Shown: piece by piece, positions 1 to 12,760 of the stretch
Numbering within the stretch: the first letter of the stretch is position 1
How the letters are laid out: each line of letters opens with the position of its first letter
Source: Octopus bimaculoides
Lineage: Eukaryota
Assembly: GCF_001194135.2 (NCBI RefSeq)
Contig: NC_068996.1
Span: 50,808,395-50,872,394 of the forward strand
Reading direction: 5' to 3'
Length of the DNA stretch: 64,000 nucleotides
Translations under genes and position numbers: made by a program
Notes under the pieces: generated by a model
The model's database searches: none
What the model was told of the DNA's origin: nothing
The model's input: only the letters and a program-made list of their open reading frames with translations

Positions 1-485
1 TGAAGAAAGAGTTAAATGAAAGTTGCTTAGAATTCTAAGAATTCTACTGGTATTATTATTGGTATTACTTTTGTTGACCCCCACCCAGATATGAAATGAA
101 TTTGACTTTTGGGAGATCTAATAACAGCTATATTTAATTTGGAGTTGTAATGACCCAGTTGTTATCATTTCCTTTTGATTTAATATTAAGCACTTCTTTT
201 AAGATTCGTTACTGAAATTGAATAAGGCAATCTAAAAATAATATGGCTATCAAAGATTTTGTTCTTTTACAAAACCACCTACTCAATTTCTTTTTTCTGG
301 TAAGGTTGTGTGAAAGGTGAATATTTTTTAATTTGTTTCCTGCCGTCTAAAAATTTTCATTTGTATGTCTTTTTAATTCTGTTTTACATGACTTGAATTA
401 GTTTTAAAATGAATATATAAATGAAACTGAATTAATTATAACAGTTGAATATATACATATGTATGTATCTATATAATATAAAGTG

Positions 486-1020
486 AGATCACAGCCGTGA
501 CCGATGCCAGTGTTGCGTAACCAGCTCATTTAAAAGTACCCTTGAATCGTCAGGCAATATGTGCTTGAGAAGACCTGTTGAATCAAGTGAAATCAAAATC
601 GTAATCATGGCTAGTGCTGCCTGACTGGCACCCATGCTGGTAGCATGTAATAAGCACCATTTGAGCATGGGTCAATGCCAGTGCCGCCTGACTGGCTCCT
701 CATGCTAGTGGCACGTAAAAGGCGCCATGCGAATGTGGTTGATACCAGTGCCCCCTGACTGGCTCCCATCCTAGTGACATGTGAAAAGTACCATTCGAGC
801 GTGGTTGATGCCAGTACCACCTGACTGGCCCCCATGCCAGTGGCACATAAAACGCACCAACTACACTCTCAGAGTGGTTGGCATTAGGAAAGGCACACAG
901 CTGTAGAAACTCTGCCAAATCAGATTGGAGTCTGGTGCAGCCTTCTGGCTTGCCAATCTTGTGAAACCATCCAACCCATGCCAGCATGGAAAACGGACGT
1001 TAAACGATGATGATGATGAC
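486..1020 (+). mobile_element. Family B retroposon with internal ~65-bp tandem units and (GAT)n tail
   Basis: CATTAGGAAAGGCAC...CCAACCCATGCCAGCATGGAAAACGGACGTTAAACGATGATGAT 3' end. Four CTGACTGGC units at 615-850. Confidence 0.8.
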
Positions 1021-1283
1021 TTAATGTTATCTGTACAGAATAGAAACATGAGAGCCAGTACTGAAAGCTACGGTGTTTCATTTAAGCATATATATGTATG
1101 TAAATAATGTGATTAAAGTATATTATGGTTGCATAATGAAATACAGTGGCTCCACAAGTCATTGATGTGTATGTACCAGCTGTCAGGAATATGTTTAATA
1201 TGTAAAATTGGTATATCTAATAATGTCACACCATTATATTTAGTGGCTATTTAAGCAATAAATTTGTGGATGGTTAATGGGTT

Positions 1284-1338
1284 GGATGTGGTACTGATGA
1301 AGGAACAAGAACTCCTGAAATATGCATATACACCCATC
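1284..1338 (+). ncRNA. Type I hammerhead-ribozyme-like motif (family H1), degenerate
   Basis: CTGATGA (1294-1300), stem II AGGA/TCCT, GAAA (1317-20), palindromic stem III ATATGCATAT, AUA triplet, then CACCCATC partly pairing with upstream GGATGTGGTA. Confidence 0.55.
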
Positions 1339-2061
1339 ACCTAATTTTCTGCCTTCAGTTGCATTGTTTACATTAGATGTTTTCATATATGAAATGTAAC
1401 TTTCAGTACTGGCTCTAATTTCTATAGAAAATCTGTAGAGATAACCTTAAAAAGTGACTGACTTGCACTGCTAACATAGATGGGACATAGTCTTGACTCG
1501 TGAACCTTTAATATGCTTGTAAGTATACTATCGTTGTATAACAAAATATGATGTCCTACCAGCAGTTAATACACACACCTTCATTTTACATCTATTTTTC
1601 CATATTGGCATGGGTCAGACAGGTTCATCACTGTTTTAATTTGTTCTACAAAGAGTCATTCATCCTCTTTATAGGACCATCCTAGGCATAGCCTTCAGAC
1701 CATGGCTTATTTATCCATTTTTGTCTTAACATGGTTTTTATAGCTGGACAATCTTCATAGCACTAACCACTTTGGTGTGTGTACTGGAGTGCATTTTATA
1801 TCCTATCAGTAGCACTAAAGAGAAATTGTCCTAGATAAGATTATGGGTCTTTTGATCTCTATCATGCCTTTGTTGATCAGCCACTTCACAAAGTGTATTG
1901 GGTGCATTTTTAATACAAACACCAGTGCTTGTGAAGCTGTTTCTGTCAGGATATATAATATTAGATATTTTTAAGCACGAATTCACAGCTCTACAATTTT
2001 GGCATATGTTTATCACATTAATTATACTTGAATGATAAGCAAGATAATTTTCTAATATCAA

Positions 2062-2435
2062 CTCCGCCTTAGCGAAAGCAGAGGTATTGTTCTCAGTCAT
2101 GTTTGTTTGTTTGTTTTCCATGGACAAGATGTCACAATAACTGCTGGATGGATTTGGATGAAACTTTCAGGGATGTTTGGCATCATGACTGGCATGAACT
2201 GATTAGATTTTGGGATTGATCCTGTACCGGTCAAGGATTCTGGATTATTTTTCCTTTTTTTTTTTTTTTTAAACTTAATTTTTGAGAGCGGTCAGGTTCA
2301 TTTCTAGTATTCTCGTTTGTGAGAGCAGTCGAGTTTATTTCAGATATTCTCATTTCAAAGATCATCTCTGGCTAATCGTTGAGAGGACATTGGTGTTGCC
2401 TTGGTGGACATTTGCGCTCTCTGAGTGCTCTTGTT
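2062..2435 (+). mobile_element. Helentron-associated (DINE-1/HINE-like) non-autonomous element
   Basis: 5' CTCCGCCTT...AAAGCAGAG hairpin, (GTTT)n microsatellite, 3' CCTTGGTGGA sub-terminal inverted repeat, and terminal stem-loop GCGCTC-TCT-GAGTGC. Confidence 0.6.
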
Positions 2436-2849
2436 CTTATTATTTTCTTTTAAATATTTTCAGATTTAACAGTTACCCCATCTGATTGTTGCATCGATGG
2501 AGAATATAAGGATTGAAACATCTTTTACTTGTTTCAGTTATTGGAGTGTGGCCATGCTGGAGATTTAGTCAAATGAATTGACCCCAGTAACTTTTTTCTT
2601 TTTAGCCTTGTACTTATTCTAGTGGTCTTGCTGAACTTATAAGCTATGGGACATAAACAAGCCAACACTGGCTGTCATGCATGATGAGGGACCAGCATAA
2701 AGACATGTGGTAGCGGTGGGACAAGTGTGTGGGTGTTTTTGAAATATATATAAAGATTGCTTTAAGATATATGGTGTATTTTATAAATATACCTAATCAA
2801 GCATCATAACATGAAACTATTACTAGCTCTTTCAGTTGTGTATTTAAAT

Positions 2850-2902
<53 letters not shown>

Positions 2903-3513
2903 NNNNNNNNNNNNNNNNNNNNNNNNNNNNNNNNNNNNNNNNNNNNNNNNNNNNNNNNNNNNNNNNNNNNNNNNNNNNNNNNNNNNNNNNNNNNNNNNNN
3001 NNNNNNNNNNNNNNNNNNNNNNNNNNNNNNNNNNNNNNNNNNNNNNNNNNNNNNNNNNNNNNNNNNNNNNNNNNNNNNNNNNNNNNNNNNNNNNNNNNNN
3101 NNNNNNNNNNNNNNNNNNNNNNATATATATATATATATATATATATGCAGAGTTTGACCACCTCCTGTACTTGCACCTCAGAACCATCATGGTGTCTGTT
3201 GTGGCTTTTTAAACCAGACAATGTTTTGAAAAGACACCTACATAGATTGCTTATCTTGGACCACCAAGATAAGTTCTTGTCTTTGTGGATCTTAAAAATG
3301 TTTTTTGAAGCTTCCGTTAGATTTGCAAACCTTCTGGCTTACATTGCATTGAAAAGTGTGTACAAACATATGGGCAGAATAATTGGAGGTTCGTTTTCCA
3401 TGGGTCCGCTTTTCATGCGTTCGTTTTCATGAGTTTCCATGAGATTTGAGCCCAGCAAAAGACAGGCATGGTCTGTCACAAAGGTTGTGTGTGTGTGTAT
3501 GTATGTATGTATG

Positions 3514-3559
<46 letters not shown>

Positions 3560-3566
<7 letters not shown>

Positions 3567-3945
3567 CCCCAACACCTCCACTTGACAACCAATCTTGGTT
3601 TGAACTTGCGTCCTTGTAACTTTGGAGTTCAACATAAGAGATCCAAAGAATAAATACCAGGTGTTTTTTTTTTAATAAAAAGGAAGTACTGGGCTCAATT
3701 TGTTCAACTAAACCCTTCGTGATGCTCCAGCCTGACCACAGCCTAATGACTGAAACAAGTAAAAGATAAGACATAAAAGATAACTTAACCAGGCATGGCT
3801 GGGTCGTTAGGAAGCTTGTTTCTCAACCACACAGTTTTGAGTTCAGTGCCAATGCATGGCACCTTAGGTGCATGTTTCTTCTACAATAGCCGTGGGTGAC
3901 CAAAGCCTTATGAGTGGTTTTCATAGAAAAATTGAAAGAAACATA
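3560..3945 (+). mobile_element. SINE family A fragments (3' part 3560-3775, head 3794-3945)
   Basis: Homology to the 32007-32439 segments. Confidence 0.65.
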
Positions 3946-5054
3946 TTGTATTTTCCACTTTGCTTTTGAGAAGTGGGTCTTAATTTTAACAATATAATTG
4001 AGAATTGTAACAGGACGCACACCTGTGTCACCATACACACATTACATATGAATGTGGTTACTACATAAGTTATAGCCTTCTTGAAACAGCTGTTGAGATA
4101 AGACTGCATAATTCTTGTTCTTTTATTCTCTTTTTTTCTGTATTCTGTAAATTGTATTTTGTACGCTATCTAAATATGTCTTGAGCCTGTGTGTGTGTGT
4201 CTCTCTCTCTCACACACACATTCGCACACATTAATGTGGTGTGTGTCTTTCTGTTTGTCGCCCTCCCACCACCGCCACCATCTGACAACTGGTATTGGTT
4301 TGCTTACATCTTCACTGTAATTTAGCAGTTCAGCATAAGAGACTAATAGAATAAGTATCAGGGTCAGTTCGCTCAACTAAAACCATTCAAGGTAGTTCTC
4401 CAGCATGGCTGCAGTCCAATGACTGAAACAAGTAAAAGAGTAAAAGATAAAAACCTGTTTGTAGAATCTGTATAAAAAAATAAATTAATATTTATCAGTC
4501 ATGATTGATGATATCTGAACAAACCAATCTGTTAACAAATACTTTGAGAGAGTATTGAGGGTATTTACTTACAAAAATAGTATGAAATATATTCAAGATA
4601 AGTTTTCAGACTTATTGAGAAACTATTGCTATTCAAAATAAAGAATTAAACCATACAATTTTTCCCTCCTTGGCTTTATAGAAACCTACACAATAAACTG
4701 AAAATATTTGTATGGAAATTGAGGTTATGCAGTTCAGTAGATGATTGTAATTGTTGATATTTGCTGTTAAAGAACAGAGTCTCAAATAAGAGAGAGAGAG
4801 GTTTTTAATAAACAAATATGGATGAATAGGGAAAGTTGTTGTTTAGTCCTATGTCAGCCCTTCATTGAAAAGACTTATGATAAAAGATATTTCAGCTGTA
4901 ACTATTTCATCTTTCACCAGTCATACTACATCTAAGATTACATTAGCCAATGTGCATCCATTTTGTTTTTTGTTGATAGTAGAGTGAGAGTCAAGCAATT
5001 ACATACAGGCTCCATTTTCAGTTCATTAGTTGGAACTAGTTAGTCTTTGATGTG

Positions 5055-5089
<35 letters not shown>

Positions 5090-5159
5090 TAATGATAATA
5101 ATAATAATAATAATAATTGATGATGATAATCCTTTCTGTTATAGACACAAGGTTTGATT

Positions 5160-5352
5160 TTTTTTTCTTTTTTTGGAAAGGATTAAGTCAATTACATAGA
5201 CCCCAGTGTGTCACTGGTACTTATTTCATTGACTCTGAAAGGATGAAAGGCCAAGTTTACCTTGGTGGAATTTGAACTAAGAACATAAAGATGGACAATA
5301 TGCCTGGCAGCATTTTGTCCAACGTGTTAATGATTTGGCCAACTTGCTACCT
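5160..5352 (-). mobile_element. SINE family C between (TAA)n tracts
   Basis: Reverse-complement homology. Further diverged copies at about 9275-9440, 17530-17670, 24095-24285 and 43480-43690. Confidence 0.65.
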
Positions 5353-6213
5353 TAATAATAATAATATTAATAATAATAATAATAATAATAATAACTACCA
5401 GTAATGTTTGGTGTGAAGCTTAGGAAAATGGGTTTCCATGCAGTTTCTACAACTGAATACAATGAAGGCAGGTTGTACAAGAAATAGTTGCAGTCAAAAA
5501 TGGAGCAGAGCTATTAATTGTCCAAAAGCAGAGTCCAAAGTTGATGGGTGGAGAAAAAGTTAAAAAACAAAAAAAATTGCAGGAATTTATCTGAATGTTG
5601 AGTTATTGATTTTTCTCTTCAAACTGTTATGGATCATTGGGTGAAGAACCTTTAGTTTAAGAAGTTTAATGAAATTGATTATGCAAATTGAAGAGTTAAC
5701 TTATGGTTCATTATTATTGTTTTTCTCTTTTTGTTTTGTTGGGTTGCTTAAAATTTGGAACTAATTGGTCCTATTGAAGTTCAATGGTAATTTCTTTTTA
5801 TAGCATTGTTTGGGAACAACAAAGAAAATTAGATTTTAAATTAAGGAAAGAATCTGATTAACCCTGTCAAGCTGTATTGTTGCTGTAGCAAGACTAAGTT
5901 GAATGTCATCTCTGCTGGAATCTTGCTAAATTGGTAATTAATGAACAGCACTCATAGAAAAAGAAGATGCAGCTGATTCTGTCCATTAGTTTGCATGCAA
6001 TTGTTACTATTGAATTATATATGCAACTAGTTACTTTTTTGCTCAGGAATCCAGGTGGAGAGTAAAGTTAGACAGAGGGGCCCAAGTCTGACATGGTTAA
6101 ATGCGTGTGAGTATGAGGAGAGTTATAAGAAATTGGACAACAAAATACTTTTTAAGAACCATTTACTTCAACATTGAGATGATGTTTTTTTTTTTTGTTT
6201 TTTTTTTTTTTTT

Positions 6214-7136
6214 NNNNNNNNNNNNNNNNNNNNNNNNNNNNNNNNNNNNNNNNNNNNNNNNNNNNNNNNNNNNNNNNNNNNNNNNNNNNNNNNNNNNNNN
6301 NNNNNNNNNNNNNNNNNNNNNNNNNNNNNNNNNNNNNNNNNNNNNNNNNNNNNNNNNNNNNNNNNNNNNNNNNNNNNNNNNNNNNNNNNNNNNNNNNNNN
6401 NNNNNNNNNNNNNNNNNNNNNNNNNNNNNNNNNNNNNNNNNNNNNNNNNNNNNNNNNNNNNNNNNNNNNNNNNNNNNNNNNNNNNNNNNNNNNNNNNNNN
6501 NNNNNNNNNNNNNNNNNNNNNNNNNNNNNNNNNNNNNNNNNNNNNNNNNNNNNNNNNNNNNNNNNNNNNNNNNNNNNNNNNNNNNNNNNNNNNNNNNNNN
6601 NNNNNNNNNNNNNNNNNNNNNNNNNNNNNNNNNNNNNNNNNNNNNNNNNNNNNNNNNNNNNNNNNNNNNNNNNNNNNNNNNNNNNNNNNNNNNNNNNNNN
6701 NNNNNNNNNNNNNNNNNNNNNNNNNNNNNNNNNNNNNNNNNNNNNNNNNNNNNNNNNNNNNNNNNNNNNNNNNNNNNNNNNNNNNNNNNNNNNNNNNNNN
6801 NNNNNNNNNNNNNNNNNNNNNNNNNNNNNNNNNNNNNNNNNNNNNNNNNNNNNNNNNNNNNNNNNNNNNNNNNNNNNNNNNNNNNNNNNNNNNNNNNNNN
6901 NNNNNNNNNNNNNNNNNNNNNNNNNNNNNNNNNNNNNNNNNNNNNNNNNNNNNNNNNNNNNNNNNNNNNNNNNNNNNNNNNNNNNNNNNNNNNNNNNNNN
7001 NNNNNNNNNNNNNNNNNNNNNNNNNNNNNNNNNNNNNNNNNNNNNNNNNNNNNNNNNNNNNNNNNNNNNNNNNNNNNNNNNNNNNNNNNNNNNNNNNNNN
7101 NNNNNNNNNNNNNNNNNNNNNNNNNNNNNNNNNNNN
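6214..7136. other. Largest assembly gap (others: 2903-3122, 8354-8815, 14984-15470, 22503-22759, 29677-29758, 41496-41505, 62143-62152)
   Basis: Runs of N, mostly flanked by microsatellites or young repeats. Confidence 1.
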
Positions 7137-7596
7137 ATTATTCCAGGGTTCACTTCTCTTAAATCACAGAATTATTCCAGGGTTCATCAATGACTGTGTC
7201 AATTTTTCGGTGCCAATTCTTCACAATTAGAAACACCAAACTGGATCAAAGCTATTTCCCCTCATGTGTTTCCTAATTTTCTTCAAATTTTTGAAATGAG
7301 TTCCTTTGATAAATAAGACATTTTGGTAAATACCTTCTTTTGATGTGGATGTAATGACACAAAGTAACTCATTTTGATAATAAGTTCTCACTTTACTATC
7401 AAAGGCATTTTTTCTGCTGTGATCCTCCTGTCTGTCTTTTGTTCAGATAATACATCTCAGACTTTATTAATCCAACATGTCCTCTTTTAAGATGGTTTAG
7501 CTTGTGATATGAAGATTTTGGTGCTATTTCTATCAGGTCAGTAACCTAGATTCTGATGAGGTAATGATGATGGTAGCAGTTAAGGTGATAAAACAG

Positions 7597-7628
<32 letters not shown>

Positions 7629-7859
7629 GCAGGGATGTGAATTGAGGGGATCTGTTTGCTATTTCTAGTAAGGTAAACATATTTGGCCTGGCAATCTACC
7701 ATTCCTGGAACTTCTATATGATTGTTTGTGTTCCTCTGTTTGAATCCCAATAATTGACTTTGTATTTGTTACCCTTGGATCAATAATGTACACAACTAGC
7801 AATAGACTAAGGTGAGTTCAGATGATGTTTGTATGAAAAAAAAAAAAAGAGAAAAAAGA

Positions 7860-8090
7860 TTGTACTTGTATTAAGAATAATGGTTTTATGACACACAATT
7901 CCATGTGTTTCAATTTTTAGTCGCTGACCACTACACATATTTTTTTCTCTCCTTGTTTCTTTCTGTGTTCCTTTCTGTTGAAGAGCATAGGCTTGAAACA
8001 TTAAAGACTTTTTCAATTCCTGAGCATTATACTAATACATCCATTTGTTGTTTACACCACCTGTCTTCGTCTGTTGTTTTTTCGTGAATT
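7860..8090 (+). mobile_element. Repeat family H2 copy (Penelope-like terminal repeat)
   Basis: About 130 bp closely similar to 16935-17065. Contains the hammerhead-like motif. Confidence 0.55.
7971..8006 (+). ncRNA. Hammerhead-like motif with variant core CUGUUGA (family H2)
   Basis: CTTT-CTGTTGA-A-GAGC-ATAG-GCTT-GAAA-CATT-AAAG. Stems I and II pair. Confidence 0.4.
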
Positions 8091-8107
8091 CTCCTATATA
8101 TATATAT

Positions 8108-8353
8108 ATCATCATCATCATCATCGTCGTTTAACGTCCGCTTTCCATGCTAGCATGGGTTGGACGATTTGACTGAGGACTGGTGAAACCGGATGGCAAC
8201 ACCAGGCTCCAATCTAATTTGGCAGAGTTTCTACAGCTGGATGCCCTTCCTAACGCCAACCACTCAGAGAGTGTAGTGGGTGCTTTTACGTGTCACCCGC
8301 ACGAAAACGGCCACGCTCGAAATGGTGTCTTTTATGTGCCACCTGCACAAGCC
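8108..8353 (-). mobile_element. Family B, young copy
   Basis: (ATC)n tail, CpGs intact, truncated by a gap. Confidence 0.85.
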
Positions 8354-8815
8354 NNNNNNNNNNNNNNNNNNNNNNNNNNNNNNNNNNNNNNNNNNNNNNN
8401 NNNNNNNNNNNNNNNNNNNNNNNNNNNNNNNNNNNNNNNNNNNNNNNNNNNNNNNNNNNNNNNNNNNNNNNNNNNNNNNNNNNNNNNNNNNNNNNNNNNN
8501 NNNNNNNNNNNNNNNNNNNNNNNNNNNNNNNNNNNNNNNNNNNNNNNNNNNNNNNNNNNNNNNNNNNNNNNNNNNNNNNNNNNNNNNNNNNNNNNNNNNN
8601 NNNNNNNNNNNNNNNNNNNNNNNNNNNNNNNNNNNNNNNNNNNNNNNNNNNNNNNNNNNNNNNNNNNNNNNNNNNNNNNNNNNNNNNNNNNNNNNNNNNN
8701 NNNNNNNNNNNNNNNNNNNNNNNNNNNNNNNNNNNNNNNNNNNNNNNNNNNNNNNNNNNNNNNNNNNNNNNNNNNNNNNNNNNNNNNNNNNNNNNNNNNN
8801 NNNNNNNNNNNNNNN

Positions 8816-8855
<40 letters not shown>

Positions 8856-10168
8856 CTTTTTTTTCTCTCAAGTCTCAAATGCCATGTTGGCTCATACGAA
8901 TATACATACACAAGACAATTGAGTGTAATTTAATGGTGATTTGGCTGCAACTTCTTGCAGATAAGGCAACCACATTGAGGTACCCTCATTGGTTAATGCT
9001 TATATTTTTTTCTATCATATGTTATGAGAAGATGATAGAAAATTTGTTTGGACTCTGTTCATATTTTTCTGTTGTTCAAAAAACAATAGAAAGAAGGCTG
9101 TCTGTGGTGTGATCAATTTCTTTATCACCTGGAAACCTATAGGCAGCTAGTTCAAGTGCAATTTGTGAGTTTATTTCTCTTGTTCTCTTTCATATCGGTT
9201 CTTATATGAATCATCCTTTATTTGACTTTGTCTTCATATCAGATTTAGTTGTTAATTATCATTGATAATTAACACACCTGGACAAAATGCTTAGCAGCGT
9301 TTCTTCTGGGTTTTCATTCTGAGTTGAAATACCACCGAGATCGACTTTTTTCCTTTCATCCATTCAGGGTTGATAAAATAAGTATCAGTTGAGCACTTCC
9401 CCCTCCCCTCAAAAATGCTGACCTCATGTCAAAATTGTACCAAATTATCATTGTACTTAGATTCAGTTCACATGATTCCTTTCAAGTTCCCCCTATTTAA
9501 TGAAGACAAAATAAGTAAAGAAACTAAGATGTGTTAAAAAAGAAAAAAAAATTTTATAGTAGTTCAATAAGAAATATGTCAGTTGCTAAGTTTGGAAGTA
9601 ATGGTGTGTTGTATTGATTGTGTGGAGTGAATGAGTTAGTTACCTCATGCTGTAATCGATTTCTTACATGAATACAACACTGTTATACATTTTTAATAGA
9701 ATAAAGAAATCATGATTAGGTGGTGTTTATGATTTTTTTTTCTCAAGAGCTTGGAGTGGAAATATCTGTGAAACTGTAAATATTTTAAACAGTAAATTGA
9801 CACCGGTTGAAAGCTTTATTGTAGATCTGTGGCACATGTAAGTTTTATGTGTATCTCAAAAACGAAAATGATATGATTGTGTTTAAACCTCAAGCTTGCT
9901 CTGCACTGAGAGACCTACGATCAAATATTTCAGACCCATAACTGGGATCTACAAGTGAAGGAAAACTGTTTCCAAACCTAGAACGATGTTTCTGTTACAT
10001 GTGAACAACATTGAACACATCACAGAAAAGAAAAAGAAAAAGAGCCTTAACTGATTGGTGCAGTCATACTCTGATGTATTTCAACTTCTAATAACATGTG
10101 AACACATTGTCTTCTCACTCTTCTTTTTCTGCTCCAAGGATTCTTTCTGGTTTCATATCACCTTTCAT

Positions 10169-10530
10169 GGAGGCGCAATGGCCCAATGGTTAGGTCAGCG
10201 GACTCGTGGTCATAGGATCACGGTTTCAATTCCCAGACCAGGCGTTGTGAGTGTTTATTGAGCGAAAACACCTAAAGCTCCACAGCAGAGGATGGTGGTG
10301 AACCCTGCTGTACTCTTTCACCACAACTTTCTTCCTATTTCTGTTGTATCTGTATTTCAAAGCGGCCAGCCTTGTCACACTCTGTGTCATGATGAATCTC
10401 CCCGAGAACTACGTTAAGAGTACACGTGTCTGTGGAGTGCTCAGCCACTTGCACGTTAATTTCACGAGCAGGCTGTTCCGTTGATCGGATCAACTGGAAC
10501 CCTCGACGTCCTAAGCGACGGAGTGCCAAC
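10169..10530 (+). mobile_element. tRNA-headed SINE family D, full length
   Basis: GGAGGCGCAATGGCCCAATGGTTAGG head, GTTTCAATTCC B-box-like motif, 3' CGTC-CTAAGC-GACG stem-loop. Confidence 0.85.
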
Positions 10531-11169
10531 ACATACCTTCCACACAGTCTTATTGGTCATAATTGTCTCTCTTCTTGTCAGCCATGTTGTTCCCTCTGCA
10601 CTACCATCATCATCATTTCACTTTAACACCCACATTTCTATGCTTGCATGGGTTGTATGGAGTTTATTGAGGCAGATTTTCTATGGTTGGATGTCCTTCT
10701 TGTTGCCAATTCCCCATAGCTAGACATATTCTTGCATCATGTTGGAAATGAATGACACTGCTTGTATGACAGTGACACTCATTTACAACTACATGCAGTG
10801 GCAAGACAAGGAGACACAATCGTATACACACACACACATCCTAACCACTCTTCAAACCCTTTCTCTCCAGAATATCACACATCTGGAATTTGTTCTCCCA
10901 TCAATATTTTTCCTACAGTCTTCAAACTGTGGTTGCTTAATTTAAAACTCAAATATGTTGATTTCATCAGTCTCTGAGCTGCTACAGAGGCTATGTATCT
11001 AGCCCCAACTTCTTAACATGACCCCCCCCCCAAAAAAAAAAACAAAAAAACAAAAAGAAAACCCCCAGAAAAAACAAAACAAAAAGAGACAGTGTACACT
11101 ATCCAGTGTTCTTTTCCTCAGGTGACAGGATGTGATGTAAGGCAGATTATTTAGAAGGTTTAACAGTTG

Positions 11170-11600
11170 TAAAATGCATTTGCTTAGGATAATGTTAAAC
11201 AACTGTCATCAGCTAAGGATCTTTTTTGGAGACTTGTATTTGAATTGGCTCTATAATAGAATCAAACCACAAGTTGCATCATTCATCACTGAGGATGAGG
11301 GTGGGTTGAATGTGAATGCATTGCCACTTGATTACTTTCAGTTTTTTCATGAAAGGCACAGAATTGGGACTGATAGCAAATGAAACTGATCACTGCTTCC
11401 ATCAAATTGGTTTTATCAAAAGAACCGAATGTACATGCCTGTACAAGACTTCATGGTGTGACACCTGCAGAGATGTGAAAAAGTTACCTGGATTGACAGT
11501 GTTGATGGGGATGGTGGACAAATCAGTACCTAGTGCATATTGGTCTGCAGGCAAACTTGTGTCTACACTGGTGTTTGAAGAACACACCCAGGGATAGTCA
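11170..11600 (+). pseudogene. Heavily decayed Tc1/mariner-like transposase C-terminal fragment
   Basis: GDLYLNWLYNRIKPQV, RIG, and across a frameshift GFIK/NRMYMP and LVCRQT resemble mariner-type motifs (G..YL..L...PQL, RWIG, GYVKDRVY, LDVCR.T). Many stops. Confidence 0.4.
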
Positions 11601-12486
11601 TGAATTTCTTGTCATTTCTGCACCTGTTTTACAACATGGCTTCTTGTTCAACAACATGGCATCTTGTTCAACAACATGCCATTGCACAGATGGTGCAATG
11701 ATATGAAAATGTTTGATTGTATGTGAATGAAAATAAAGCTGAATACAAAATAAATAGTGAATATTAATTAAAAAAAAGAAGTTTTTTTTATTTGTATACA
11801 TAACTCAGGGATGTTAATTTAACAAATTAATTTGGTGTCTCCACATTTAGTACATAAAATTTAATCAGAGCAATGGAGGTTAACGTAATCTCCTTGCAGG
11901 ATTAGTATGACTAGTCTGGTCTTTTGCAAGCACAATCCATTCATTGAGCTTTCACACAGTTTCCATCAAGCCAGTATTAATCACAAGGGCCAAGGCAGAT
12001 CTAGGCTATGGTAAAACATGTGTCTGAAATACCCTGTTGCTGTGAATCTAATCAGGGACCTCATGGTTGTAAAGTATACTTTTTAATCAGTGAGCCATGC
12101 CTATATCAAACAAAAATATCAAATCTATTGTTTTGAAAAGTTGATTGCTATTTTCATAGCAAAACTGAATGAATAAATTTGTAGTGGAGTCATTACAAAG
12201 AACAATGGAAGGAAAACTTGTCAGGTTTTTTCTTTTTTGTGTGTGTAGGGCAAGCAGATAATTTATTCATTGTTTTGTTATTGTTTTAAATACTTTTTTT
12301 CTCTTCCCCTTTGCCATCCAATGGGTTACTGATTCCAGAAAGATTATAGGAACTGTTATCCTGTGAATAATAAGATCCAATGAAGGACTACTAAAGCTTG
12401 TTGTAATAAGGATTGCTTATCTCATTGTAAGAGCATATTAACCCTTTTTGTAATCATTACCACATTTCTGTTGAAATATGCTGCAT

Positions 12487-12760
12487 GTCGTCATTGTTTA
12501 ACGTCCACTTTCCATGCTAGCATGGGTTGGACGATTTGACTGAGGACTGGTGAAACCAGATGGCTACACCAGGCTCCAATCTGATTTGGCAGAGTTTCTA
12601 CAGCTGGATGCCCTTCCTAATGCCAACCACTCCAAGAGTGTAGTGGGTGCTTTTACGTGCCACCGGCACGAAGGCCAGTTAGGTGGTACTGGCAACAGCC
12701 ACGCTCAAAATGGTGTATTTTACATGCTACCTGCACAGGAGCCAGTTCGGCGGCACTGAA
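12487..12760 (-). mobile_element. Family B copy
   Basis: Homologous to 8120-8353. Confidence 0.85.

Noticed and set aside
6101-7193. ORFs over 300 aa in the track (also near 2.8, 8.2, 14.9 and 22.5 kb)
   Set aside because: They are open only because N-runs contain no stop codons.
7225-7500. Minus-strand 71-codon open frame with NAFDS (LINE RT-like), and nearby LNHLKRGHVG (integrase-like)
   Set aside because: These are isolated short motifs that point to different families and are not supportable without a tblastn or HMM search.
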